Below are positions 52,401 to 63,932 of a DNA stretch of 63,932 nt, piece after piece. The position numbers were made by a program, and so were the translations under genes. Where the stretch lies: positions 1 through 63,932 of the forward strand of contig KZ538530.1 in assembly GCA_000934665.2 (NCBI GenBank), read 5' to 3'. Under the pieces are notes generated by a model. That model was not told the origin of the DNA, ran no database searches, and worked only from the letters and a program-made list of their open reading frames with translations. This DNA is from Catajapyx aquilonaris (lineage: Eukaryota). Within the stretch, counting starts at the first letter, position 1. Each line of letters opens with the position of its first letter.

Positions 52401-53720
52401 TTAATACTTATAAAAATATCAAAAATTAATGGTGTACAAGCCAGATATAGAATACAGTTGCAAATGTAGTGTAACATATCTTGTATAAACTTCATGTGGT
52501 CCATTCTGGATGATTCGATCATTTTTGTTATTACGCTAATTAGTTACGTAATATCACTCTTCAGTAACGGGTTCAGAAGATGAAGCACACTAAGCGGCCA
52601 CTTTTCAGCCTGGAGGATAAAGCTATAGCCCCTATCAATTCTTCTTTGCCGCCTAACATACTCAGGATAACACACCCGTCAATGTCGCTGCATACCAAAG
52701 TGACTCGTCAAGAAAGTACCTATACCTTTCAGTGATAGTTTATTGGGCATGAACCCATACGTGTACTACAGAGAGATTGAAGTGACTTGAAATTGAAAAA
52801 ATAATAATTCTAAACCACATCACCTTTTTGTCCGATATGGTACCACATGACAATAATTACGGATGCATCATTCACTGTCCAGTATATTTCACACATACTG
52901 TACATCCTATCTACATGCATCAACAGGTCATCAATCCGCACAAAAGACGGGGGTAAAGCTCTCAATTATTGCAGCTCATGATTCACGGATTCTGGTATTT
53001 AGTTACAGGTCTACTATTATTTACGGTAGGCCCACATTTACATTGTACATTTTCTCTTCATTGCCTTTAATTAGTAAAAATCGCGTCCCACGGAAGGTCA
53101 TGACTAGTCACTGTAACTTACTTATTAGTGAGTGCAGTGTAACATGTGATGTTTTGCATAATCTCGAGAACTGGTTTGCAACATAGGCCTATTTAGTGAC
53201 ATAGTCAAGAAAATCAGTGGAAGACCAAACTACAAGAAAATTATTTACAATATTGGAATAATGTTCACCGAAAGCTCGACTATTTCTCATCAGTTAATAC
53301 GTAATAATGAAAACGTAACTCGGTTGTTTTTAGTGCGCCGATAATATATTATGGCTATACAACCAATTTCCACAAAATGATGATCGTAATGATTATCCAA
53401 TCACAAATATACGTGAGCAGCAGTTACGTGCACAACACATTTGAATAACAAAAGAGGCAAGCGGGAAAAAAACTGGTTCGCTGACGACCGAGGTCTTCAA
53501 ATATTGCACGATCGAGTGACCTTTGAAGCATGGACGTAACTGCAAGAGGTCACCTGGTCCGTAAAGGTAGACGTTCCCGTATCAGAAGGACAAAATATAT
53601 ATCGGCCTTCACTAACCTCCAAAAAGCCTTCCTTTTCTTCAAGATGACGTTTTCTGCCAATAACACAATTCACACTCTTGATCCGTTTTCAAGAATTTAG
53701 TATTGGTATTATTATCATCA

Positions 53721-53758
<38 letters not shown>

Positions 53759-54648
53759 TAACACTTAATAATTGCAGTGTGATATATTATCGGAACAAGG
53801 TTAGCTAGGGAATTCGAATAATGAATCCCTCACAGCTAACTTCATTACAAGAGCATAGTGATAATCCTATAAACATTATTTCCTGCAGGCCAGTAATACA
53901 TAGGTTATTTTTTTTTGTGCGAACGGTTTTCCTGGCTATGTTGTGTACTATACTACGGTATATCTTCCGGCTCACCCTGTGAAAATAACCCCGATATAAG
54001 AATTCTGTCTACCCAAATTATCTTCTTAATTTCTTTTTTATAAATTTCACGACTCGCCACAACCAGCTGTATGTGGCACTACCCACCACGCATGTTAAAT
54101 CACCCAGGAAAAAAAAACTGGCGGCAAAACCAAACAGTACATCTATCTAAGAACGCGTGTACAGCTTGAAAGCACACACGCTATTATCCCCCTATAAAAC
54201 ATGCTTGCCTACTTGCGAATCAACCTACCCACCTACAGGAACCATTTGAATAGGGAAGGAGGGTTAATGACATGTTGATGAGCGAGTACTAGCTGGCTGC
54301 TGCCTTTCCGGCATCACATGTCCATACGTTAGTTCCGGGCCGCAATCAAAAGGCGCGATCGTACACACTCTCGTCCGAAGAGGAGAAAGTGAGCGAAAAT
54401 GACTAGAAACTGAGTAAGGAAAAGTCAAGAGATAACTCACCCAAGTTGACTTGGCCCTTGTTTTCGGCGGAGCATTTGTTGTTGGCAGGAACAGGACCGA
54501 TGCTATTGGTGTAGGAGGTCAGGACCAGGTTACTGTTGGCCATGCTGTTCCTTCCTTGGAGGAGCTCCTGCTTCATTCCGTTCTGGGTATGGGACTGATT
54601 GACTGACTGATTGCAACTGCACCTCAACCTTCCTTTCTCGACACTCAT
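40298..54648 (-). CDS. SLC26A11: Sodium-independent sulfate/anion transporter, SLC26A11-like (SulP transmembrane + STAS), ~721 aa
   Basis: Exons 54648-54441, 49556-49258, 46405-46204, 45857-45637, 45556-45367, 43953-43789, 42903-42742, 42610-42470, 41882-41737, 41316-41143, 40669-40516 and 40401-40298 (TAA). All are GT-AG, total 2166 nt, phases consistent. Motifs: RRLPLLSWLPNY..DMIAGFTVGLTILPQGLAYA..PQYGLYS, GPTAVLA, GSMPVTGSFSRT, YIPKAALSAVII, and STAS PVVLDCHHIQFADFTAA. The start Met in exon 1 is uncertain. Confidence 0.92.
42274..42344 (-). pseudogene. tRNA-like sequence (tRNA pseudogene or SINE head) in an SLC26A11 intron
   Basis: Acceptor stem GCCTCTG/CGGGGGC, D arm GCTT-AGTGGTA-GAGC and T arm CTGGG-TTCGATT-CCCGG. 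The anticodon loop is not the canonical 7 nt. Confidence 0.6.
46418..46476. repeat. (ATT)n microsatellite next to a splice acceptor
   Basis: About 19 units with one interruption. Confidence 0.95.
47550..47653. mobile_element. 104-bp palindromic Tc1/mariner-type MITE
   Basis: 40-bp arms GTCCAACAAGAATTGTCGCAGCGGCAGCGC[A/G]CGAACTACA (1 mismatch); TA at 47548-47549 and 47654-47655. Confidence 0.75.
53707..53756. repeat. (ATT)/(ATC) microsatellite
   Basis: Seen directly. Confidence 0.9.
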
Positions 54649-57600
54649 ATAAGGTCGGATGGATATATGGGGAGGGAAGAAGGAAGGAGCTGCCAGCTGA
54701 CTGGTGGACTAACTGACTGACTGGATACCTACACTACTATATGAGAGCGGGAGCTGAGAGGAGGGGGAATGTAGGGAAGGGTAATGTAGGGAAGGGTAGG
54801 GGAGAGGGGAACCTTGAGTAATAGTCCTCTTCCACTCGGTGCGGTATGATTACTCGCGAACCTGAGTCTGGTTGACTCTCTCGGTGTGTCGCCGTCTTGT
54901 AACTACCAAGTACATTATTTAAGGATTGGGGTGATGGGACACGTCGGCCGTAAAGGGTTGAACCACTCTCTCCAGCTGACCAACGAGAAGACAGGTCACT
55001 CACTCAGTCGGTCACACGTGACGTCATCCGCCGATCGCCGGAATTTACATTATAGCTGGGGGATTCCCTGCAAATATATGCATAAAAAAATAATTTATAA
55101 ATTACAGGTAAAGAGAGCAATTTCTGTATTTTTCCAGTTTTTACTCTACAGTCTACAGTATTGAAACACGTGATATGATTCGTTCACCACAAAAAGTGAC
55201 CGTGAAAGTGGTTTGTTTCTACTGGCATTTTAATCAGTGCAGTGACTCATTGGAAGGTTCTTTCGTGTCACCTTTACCACTAATTGTCAGGATCACTAGG
55301 TTTCTCTCTGTCGTAACACGTTACATAATTTCTGGTGCGATGGTTTTTCATTTATTATTTTTTGACAAGTCGAGTGTAGGTGTTGTAAAACTGTGATGTC
55401 ACAGGAGTTCATGGTATCTGGTTTTTCCAACAATTCGGGAGTAAAATGAAGCAGGCCCATCATTTTAATTGGGAACTACAGAGGGAGGGGGATACCTGCA
55501 GCATTCAGGTTTTCCTCCTTCCTCCGCTGTCGTTGGAAGGTGTACAACCTCATCAGTTCCACGTATCGCGTGGAGTGGGGGAGTCTCATATTCCCGCCAC
55601 TCCTGAGCGCTCTTCAGGAAGCGGGATGTGTGTGTAAATGTGTCTTCTGCTGACGCGACGGGTAGATTATAAGGTCATCAGTTCTTTTGCATGGGGTCAA
55701 TGTCAAGGCTCCAAGGATTACGTCACAGAAACGTCAGGTGAATCATACGGCAGTTATAAGTTCCAAATAAAATGCAACAGGGAGGTTAATTTAGGTATAA
55801 TTAATTGTCCGACATCCCTACCACACTATAATCATTATTCCTCGCAAGTTACTCTCCTGCAGTTAATTCTTCTAGCCAGGCGTAAGGCAGGTGTCAAATG
55901 TGATGTCACGTGCCGTCACAGGTTGGAAATGATCGGAACCGATGGACTGTGTATGAAAACATACAATGCTGAGCTTTTATTTTCGCACCAATTTTCGCAA
56001 TATTATGCATCGCAGTATTTTTTTTACCGTCACAATAAGCATGTTGACACTCGCTAGTGACGATATGATTTGATTTTTTCATCAGTTCACGCCCCTCCTT
56101 GCTGACCCTAGAGGCCTGCTGACAGGCCACGATTGGAGCAATTAATCCATCATGTGTTACTCTGGATGTTTTCAACAAGTCATTTGTTCTAACAAAGCAG
56201 GTCCGACCTCCATTGATGTTGCGAATAAATATACCGTACACATTACAATGCAACGCCCCTATGCAGTGACAAACATAGATAGATCGTATATAAATTATTG
56301 CTGTGCTTTGCAATTCTTATAATAATACTTCAACGGGGCGTGTACAGCCTGTTATAAAGTGAATGGCTACTTACTGCAAGCAGTAAACATAAAGGGTCCT
56401 CTGAGTTTCTCAAACACCTAAACTAACAATTTGGCTGTTTAGGACATAAGGTAAAAGTCGTAACCAAGAAATTCGAGTGTTAGTGGACACAAGTTATTTA
56501 CCGAAAAGATTAGACCAATTCCGTGGCCTTCCTCTGCCCAATTTCTTTTTGTGAGAGAAATTTTCATGGTCTAGGATTACCAATAAACAACCACAGTCGT
56601 TTAGAGTACAAGTGCACATTTTGTAAACAACATCGAACGGTTACAAGAATGTGGGGCATAAAAGCAAAACGTCTAAAAACAAGTGAATGCGATACTGTGG
56701 TAACCTTCAAAATAGGACTAATTTCCACGATGTACAGCATTTTTAGAACCAGTTTAGAACCCCTTGTATCAGCCCGTTAGAAGCAACAATCATCTTCATA
56801 TTTATTTTCGTGATTGTTACTTCTGTCTTAACGGATTGCTAGGGCAAACAATCTTTGTCTGTCCCTTTTATTGTACTGTTGATTTTGAGCAGCACCTCCA
56901 TGTTGCGTATACAAAGTGCTGCACTTTCTCTATATACCAATGGTAAAATAAATTAGAAGCTAGAAAATGCTCAAATTTTTAAGTAGGTGTAGAGCGAACA
57001 ATTCACATTTTCATAAACTACTGTTCTATTTCCTTGTTTAAAATAACAGGAAGACTCAAATAATCATCACCAATACCACGTGTTCAAGACTCGGTTGTTT
57101 TTACTTTGCAACTCACATTCGTGAGCGATAATAACTTACTGACCCGTTTTATGAGATGGGATGAAAATTCACTGGCTCATACAACTTTCAGTTGAGTGAG
57201 GCACTAAGAAATTCAGGGTACCCGTCACTACGCAAATGACATTCTTAATTGGGGGAAGCCCCACACTATTGACTTTTGAGATTGCATTGTCTCTTGAATT
57301 TTGCGTCACTTCCATCGAATTTCTTTTGCGCTGTACAGCCCCTGCGTGAGCCCTTTTGCTTTATGCCATCACTAAAACTTCACATAAGAAGCAGAACATG
57401 TATAAGTGATAACGTAGGTAGAACCTGTGATAAGTATTTTTTTGAGAGGGCAATACTGTTACGTCACTGCTATGTCATTGCATATGGGCTAATTTTATAG
57501 CAGTGCCATATATTACTTCTACACATTTATTCATGCAGCCATTTCATGGAGTTAGCAGCCAAATATTTCACCTATCACTCTTATTTAGGTCATGTGTCAA

Positions 57601-59044
57601 TTTCAACATGCTTTATAAAGGCTTCTCTTGTACACACAGTTCTTAGAATTCTAAGCAAAAAATGTAAACAAAAACCATGAACTCCTGATGGAAAGCAGTA
57701 ACCAGTTTAGAGTTAGCGGTACTTGTGAAAAAAAAAGTGCAGACGAGTCGGGGACAATTCGTTCCAGGAAACTACACCACTGTGTAATAAGTTAATTATA
57801 ACTACAAGGGATAGACCGGTGTAGCAACCAACGCCACGGGACAACCAAGTGTATTCTCACACCTTTTCTGATTTTTTCATGAGGAAACAATAAATAGACC
57901 CGGACCTTATCCAGATGATTGTGTGATATATGATATAATTATATAGTACGCCTTTTTTGCACAAAGAACACTGTAGTCAGAAGGCTCAGAACATCCTGAA
58001 AGAACTACATTACGTGCCCAATAATTTTAGAGAGCACAAATCAAAATATGTGCAAACCGTGTAAAGAGCTGCAGGAGAGGACGAATTATTGAGTTCAAGG
58101 CACATTAGGTGTAAGCAAGTGTGATTACATATGTTGCTCACGTAAGTGTACAGTACAGTATATAAATCCAGTAAGGCATATCTAAGTTCGTGCCATAGTC
58201 GGAGTAGTCTAATGAGTGACTCTTGAATTGCGGTACAACGTAGAGGATTAAACGTTGCATTATACTGTATACTCTAATGCACCTGCATGTAGCCATTGAC
58301 CATATAATTAGTCAAGGTGAACTACTGTAAATAAACATGTATAATGTCGACTCCGTATGGAAACTGACATGGTGACAGTCGGAAAATAGGAAGTCACTTA
58401 CAAGAAGCCAGCAGAACAACTTATACTATATAGAACATACGCCCTTATTTTTTGCCAAACTGTAACGTGTTACGCCCATTATTTTTCATGTGCTGTCCAC
58501 TTCAGGATGATATAACTACAAACCCCAGTAAATTGGACATAACCTCCAATAAAATGGCGTCATCGTGCAAAGAAATACTCAGGTGTAGTAATCTGGAGTG
58601 ATATAAAAATCCTGAAAAGTGGAAAACTCCTAATCATTTGATTTACGGCGCAACCCGAAGTTTGATTATTGTCTTCAAAAGATACGCCTTTTTCAAGGGC
58701 GAAATTTACGACTAGCAGTTTGAGGATTTTTTTCCTCTACTTATATTGCAGTAGAGTTGACGCAAGGTGTGCTGAAACAGAAAATATTGGCACCTATTAA
58801 TATTCACATTTCCCAATCAAGGACATGTTTATTCGATTGAATATGAATGCTTCGCGTGGAGCGACGACTATACCTAGATTCATTATCTTGACACTCATGC
58901 AACAGGACCTAATATAAATAGCTCCTTAGAATAATATTCCCGTTTTTAACATAACAGCTACATCCGTTTTACTTGATAGCTACATCATAAACGGACACAA
59001 ACTATAATTATAAGACCTGCAATACAGAACATAATTGAATCCCT

Positions 59045-60448
59045 TAGTCCGGGCCTTAAGCGAAAAAATCAGACCTAACCGTGCACTTTGTGACACGAAG
59101 GCGCCACTTGGCACATATGTTCCTTAGGCCTATAGGAGCAATTTCAGAGTTGGAGGCAACTGATCGGCCCCTTAGGTCACGAGTTATACGACGTTGCCCA
59201 CCTGGTCAGGCTCAAAACATGGAAACGTCCTAAAAGTCGGATAAAACCGCATTAGAATGGCAGAAAATGATACAGATTCACTCTTCCGAAGTATTACAAA
59301 GTAATGAGGTGACATCTGTCCACAAATGACCCTGAATATAGTCTTTGACACGTGGACCGCTTGTCCGGAAACCACGAGAGGATTTCTTCGGATATAGGAA
59401 AAGGTGGTATGGAGAATAGTTTTCCTTTCTTGGAGAAGTTCGTTGTTGCGATATTACCATTGTGGCAGCGACGTCGTTGCAGTAAATGAGTGCAGGAGGA
59501 ATCTATTTACCAGAAAGGGGAGGCAGATAGAGGCAATACCACCCACCCAAGATGCTCCAAGGCAGCATGGCCTCCGAGCTGGCTACCAGGGAGGGCAGGT
59601 TTTGGGCCGAAGTCCGAATGCCATGCAAGAGCTTCCAGATCCATCAGGCTGGGGCTACATTCGTCAGGTGCCGCTTATTACAACATAGGTAAACAATAGT
59701 GCGATACCAGTTTTCTAGGGGTTGTGATCACATAATATTACCTTGTAATACTTAGGCAGAGTGAATCTGTATCATTTTCTGTCATTCTAATGCGGTTTTC
59801 TCCGACTTTAGGAAGTTTCCATGCTTTGAGCCTGACCATGATTGTGGGCAACGTCGTATAACTCTTGACCTAGGGGCCGATCAGATGCCGCCATCTCTCA
59901 AACGGCTCCTACAGGCCTAGGGAACATATCTGCCAAGTGGCACTTTCTTATTACAAAGTTCAAAGTTTAAAATGGTTTAAAACGCTTAGGTCCCGGACCA
60001 GGTTGCCAACACCGCATAACTCCTGACCTAAGGAGCCGATCAAGTGCCGCCATATCTCAAATGGCTCCTGCAGACCTAGGGAACATGTCTGCCAAGTGGC
60101 ACCTCTTATCACAAAGTCCCGAGTTAAAAACGCTTAGTTCCCTGATCAGGTTGGCAACACCGCATAACTCGTAACCTAAGCGGCCGATCAGTTGCCTCCA
60201 ACTCTGAAATTGCTCCTATATGCCTAAGGAACACGTGTGCCAAGTAGAACCTGCTTATCCCAAAATGTAAAGTTAAAAGTTCTTTAAAACGCTTAGGTCC
60301 CGGACCAGGTTGGCAACACCGCATAACTCCAAGAGCCGATCACGTGACTCCATCTCTCAAATGGCTCCTACAGACATAGGTAACATATGTGCCAAGCGGT
60401 ACCTTCTTATCACAAAGTGCAAGGTTAAAACGCTTAGGACCCGGACTA
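59045..60448 (+). mobile_element. Non-autonomous Academ DNA transposon with a transposase remnant and tandem subterminal repeats
   Basis: Termini TAGTCCGGG..TAAGCG / CGCTTAGGACCCGGACTA. The left arm (59045-~59312) is inverted at ~59725-59999, followed by three more 140-160-bp units. Frameshifted peptides FDTWTACPETTRGFL, LEKFVVAI and VNECRRNLFTRKGRQIEAIPPTQDA..QH..RAGYQGG..ELPDPSGWG (59344-59660) match the Academ transposase C-terminal motifs. Confidence 0.82.
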
Positions 60449-62771
60449 ACTTTGAGACAAGAAAACTTGAAATAATTATGAATATTGCATTACAACTTGT
60501 AAGATATTTCTCAAACCTCATTATTGGGGAAATTCTAATTGGCTAGTAGAAAAGAGACTTGGCCATCAGAAAGTACACGTCAAGGACTATACATTACGCA
60601 ATATCTAACTCAACGCAGACAAAAACGTGACTCTGATCATTCTGCATTTCAGGTATTTACATTGATGTGGGCTTTTAACTTGTTAGATGTTGGCATTCTA
60701 AAATGCCGCCCCCTCCCTCAACCCTCGAGTCATCCAGGAAATTATCATATAGGCATAAAAGTTAATTACCTGTCATTACTTTTTGGCACCTGAGAACAGT
60801 AGAGCATGTGCTGGGCCCAGGCAATGTCAGTAGGTTCACGTTCGCCTTATACTGCACCAGACAAACTCTATAGATTCTCCTGAAACAATTCCCTAGCAAT
60901 CAAGTGAGAATTCTGCAGCAATATAAGAATTTCGTCAAGTGTATGGCATTTTCACCAACATAGTTTACTGATCGAGTACAAAAACCGAGACAACTCTCCA
61001 TTCGTATAGTACGAGATTGGCTTGTTTTGGCCGTCACCGTCAGTGCCTACATGCTCTTAAGCACAAGTACACACAAAATGGGAAAAAACTGCAGTGCTCG
61101 CCAAGCAAATTAAAAAATAAAGTGAAATAATATACGATATACACTACGGCGTAGTATTGTATTTAGTCGACCAATTCAATTTCAACAAGCTCAACCAGCA
61201 TTTTTCCGCATAAAATTCGCTTAAGCTTTGTGGAAGGTTCTGCCACGTCTATATTGTATTTATCCAGTCGATAATTTATTCTTTATATTATTTTATATAT
61301 TCAGCATTTTTGCGACTCGTCACATGTAGTTAACTATGCCTAATAAGAATAAAATTCACAGAAGATTTTCTTACCTTTTTGGTTCAGAATATTGCACTGT
61401 GACTTTCCTTGTGTAATTAAAGTACACCTCATTGGAGAATGATATCACGTAGTCCTATAAATTTACAATGAGCAAAGTGAGATAGCATTGATCTTCCTCC
61501 ATATTCTGTAGCATGCAATTATCGCGTTAGTAATGGTACGGATTGGCACGACGACAACATGTGTTTTGGGCGTTTTCATTATGTAATGAGGTACAGCTTC
61601 TACTTGTAATCTCCCTTAGCATACCCGTATACGTCACTCTCAACCCCTGGAAAGGGTAGACTTTGTAGACTGCATGGATAAGTCGCCTATAATGTGTTAC
61701 AGATTGATAGAAGTGATTCGACCTGGGAGAGCCTTGAACCCATACTTTGCATACAATACATGCTACACAGCAGGATACTGGAATGAGGTAAATTCCTCCA
61801 CCACGGTGTAGCCATAACTAGAAATACGCGGTTTATAAACATAGAAAAAGAGTAGCTGAACAAGATAGTAACTATAAGCCATAACAATTTTGCGGACATG
61901 ATATAGCCACACTAAATATGCAGGACAACATTTCATTTCATACGCTCTGAGAACAGCTAACAAGTGTAATTCATATGCACATTTCATAAAAGTTTAAAAG
62001 TATATTCATTAGTATAGTCATGAGCAAGTCCGCAATTAGACAGAAGAACCCCAGGCATTTAGTGTGCTTTCATATAGCCGTCTTTTATCTTGCTCTGTTT
62101 AGTGCAGCTATGAATCAATGGCTATATGAAAGCAAAGTAACAGCTCACATAATTATCGGAGATCCGTTTCCGGCATAAATGGTTAGCTACTACCACTTCA
62201 CGGTTGATTTATTATAGCTCCAATAAGTGTATATCATTTGAGAATCAAAGTGTTATAGGTCAAGGTTTTATTACTCCTGACGTCATGTTAACAGGATACG
62301 TGCGTTTCTTGTTTGGATTTTTTTTTGTATTACCAAAATTTATCTGTAAAAATAAACACAATAAATGCTTCTGCTTCGATTGTATATAGCAGCATCTTCC
62401 GACTTTTGTATATTGAGGAATAATCAGTTCTGTCTTGGTGGCAGGTTGGTTTATTTTGCATTTGTCCTGTTCGCACCAGAAGCATCAAAGCAGATTAAGA
62501 GGACAGCACAAATGATTAATATAAATGGCTTTAATTAATGAATTACACCACTATCCAGGAAAAAGAAGGATAGCAATAAATAAGTGCTGAGTAATATGCA
62601 CTGATATAATTTTGTAATTTTGCATTCAAATAACGGCATGAAAAGGGCTTACGCGTCATAAAATGTGGACATAAGGAATATAGAATCACCTCAGTATTAT
62701 ATAATAGTTATCCCTGATAAGCTGCCATACAAGTAACTGAATAAGAACGCTAGTCACATTTGACAAATAGA

Positions 62772-63132
62772 GGGGAGGTGTGGTGGCCGTGATGGTAACG
62801 TCACGGCTTGCTGAGTGAAAGGCCCCAGGTTCGATCCCCGCCTGGGGAACTTTCCTCTCACCTGAGGCGTCAGGAGGGTCTCTGACCTGCACCAAGGAGG
62901 TGTCTGTCAACCTAACCTCCTGGGGAACAGCACATGACCCATTAGCTACGACATTGCACCTTGCACCCATGTTCCCTCCCCAAAAATCCCTATCCTTTCC
63001 CAATTGTCCCTGTTTCCTTGCACCGGTGAATGAAGCAGAAAATATATACAGAAAACTGATGGTGGTATGCCACCCCCCTATAGCTCCCGTAAGGGACATA
63101 ACGGGGTAAAATAAATAAATAAATAAATAAAA
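62772..63132 (+). mobile_element. tRNA-derived SINE family C, full length
   Basis: A box TGGCCGTGATGG, B box GGTTCGATCCC, (TAAA)n tail; 14-bp TSD ATTTGACAAATAGA at 62758-62771 and 63133-63146. Confidence 0.9.
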
Positions 63133-63835
63133 ATTTGACAAATAGAAAATATATTACTTGTCATCATTTTAAAATATTTATTAATGAAATTATACAAAAG
63201 TGCTCTTTCTGATATGACAAAATCAATAATTATGCTTAGCTAACGTCGCAAATATTGCAACAGAAGACTTATAGCCTATAAGGTCATGCATATATGCAAA
63301 AAAAAGAGCTACCAGGCTTGGATTTTGTTTAAAAAAAGAACAAATGTCAAAATACGGTTAAATGTGTGATCTTTTACCACATTTTACTCTACTTGGATGC
63401 AGTTGTTTGAGGTTTCATCAACAATGCAAGAATATTGTTTTCCGCATTTGATTTGTTTAAGAGGACAATATTTAAATAGTGACTATCCTATCGTGAATAT
63501 TATTCTAGAAACTAATGGGAGAAGAAACATGTGTCACATACGAGTAAGCTTACAAGTCGACACTAGCAGCTCAGCCTATACGGGATCAGATCATTTCAGT
63601 TATTGGTACCTTAATTTACCCAAGCCTTGGCATTTTAAAAAAAAAGGTCATTTCATATATCGTAAGAAAGGATCCCATAACTGTAATTGGATAACAATAA
63701 ATGAGGAGGCGTCCGCCAAAAGCGCCTATCGTCGATTTTTGTCGTTTTTGAGTTAACACCACCATTAAAATCTTCATGTAAAGGCGCACCTAATGGGCCA
63801 AAAGAGCCAGATCGAAATGATTTTTTGGGAGCCAT

Positions 63836-63860
63836 AACAACAACAACAACAACAACAACA
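63836..63860. repeat. (AAC)n microsatellite
   Basis: About 8 units. Confidence 0.9.
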
Positions 63861-63932
63861 TCACGACATTTCCCTATGAGGGGTAGTCAGCGATGAAGGG
63901 AGACGCAAGCTAACCCAACATATGAACTAATA

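Noticed and set aside
59846..60448. Regularly spaced repeats suggesting a CRISPR array
   Set aside because: The whole ~150-bp units are homologous with no unique spacers, there are no cas genes, and the context is a eukaryotic transposon arm.
62065..62134. Short imperfect hairpins (also ~33242-33312 and ~43641-43721)
   Set aside because: Arms are about 15 bp or degenerate with no TSD; probably decayed MITEs but not supportable.
62686..63141. 151-aa ORF, and similar ORFs at 9342-9877, 38566-38972 and 4632-5094
   Set aside because: They lie within GC-rich SINE copies and show no protein motifs.

Overview
AT-rich eukaryotic genomic DNA, most likely an arthropod or insect (inferred from an mwh-like gene and compact GT-AG introns), with two N gaps and one single N. 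Four spliced genes can be rebuilt by hand with consistent exon phases: (1) the 3' part of gamma-tubulin complex component 4 (+, 2198-9171); (2) a Multiple wing hairs-like GBD/FH3 protein (-, core 11787-16780, 5' exons uncertain up to ~26907); (3) a 226-aa two-exon uncharacterised protein (+, 34862-37288); (4) a 12-exon SLC26A11-like SulP/STAS anion transporter (-, 40298-54648). Introns and intergenic DNA are dense with non-autonomous transposons. These include three tRNA-headed SINE families with exact TSDs, Tc1/mariner-, PIF/Harbinger- and Sola-like MITEs, a 1-kb foldback element, Academ remnants and Helitron 3' ends. Best leads: an 86-codon in-frame extension behind the SLC26A11 stop (readthrough candidate), a 3' RNA fold shared by otherwise unrelated SINE tails, the uncharacterised gene, and an 80-bp loopless palindrome. 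I see no prokaryotic-type system. All homology calls come from recalled family motifs, not from searches.
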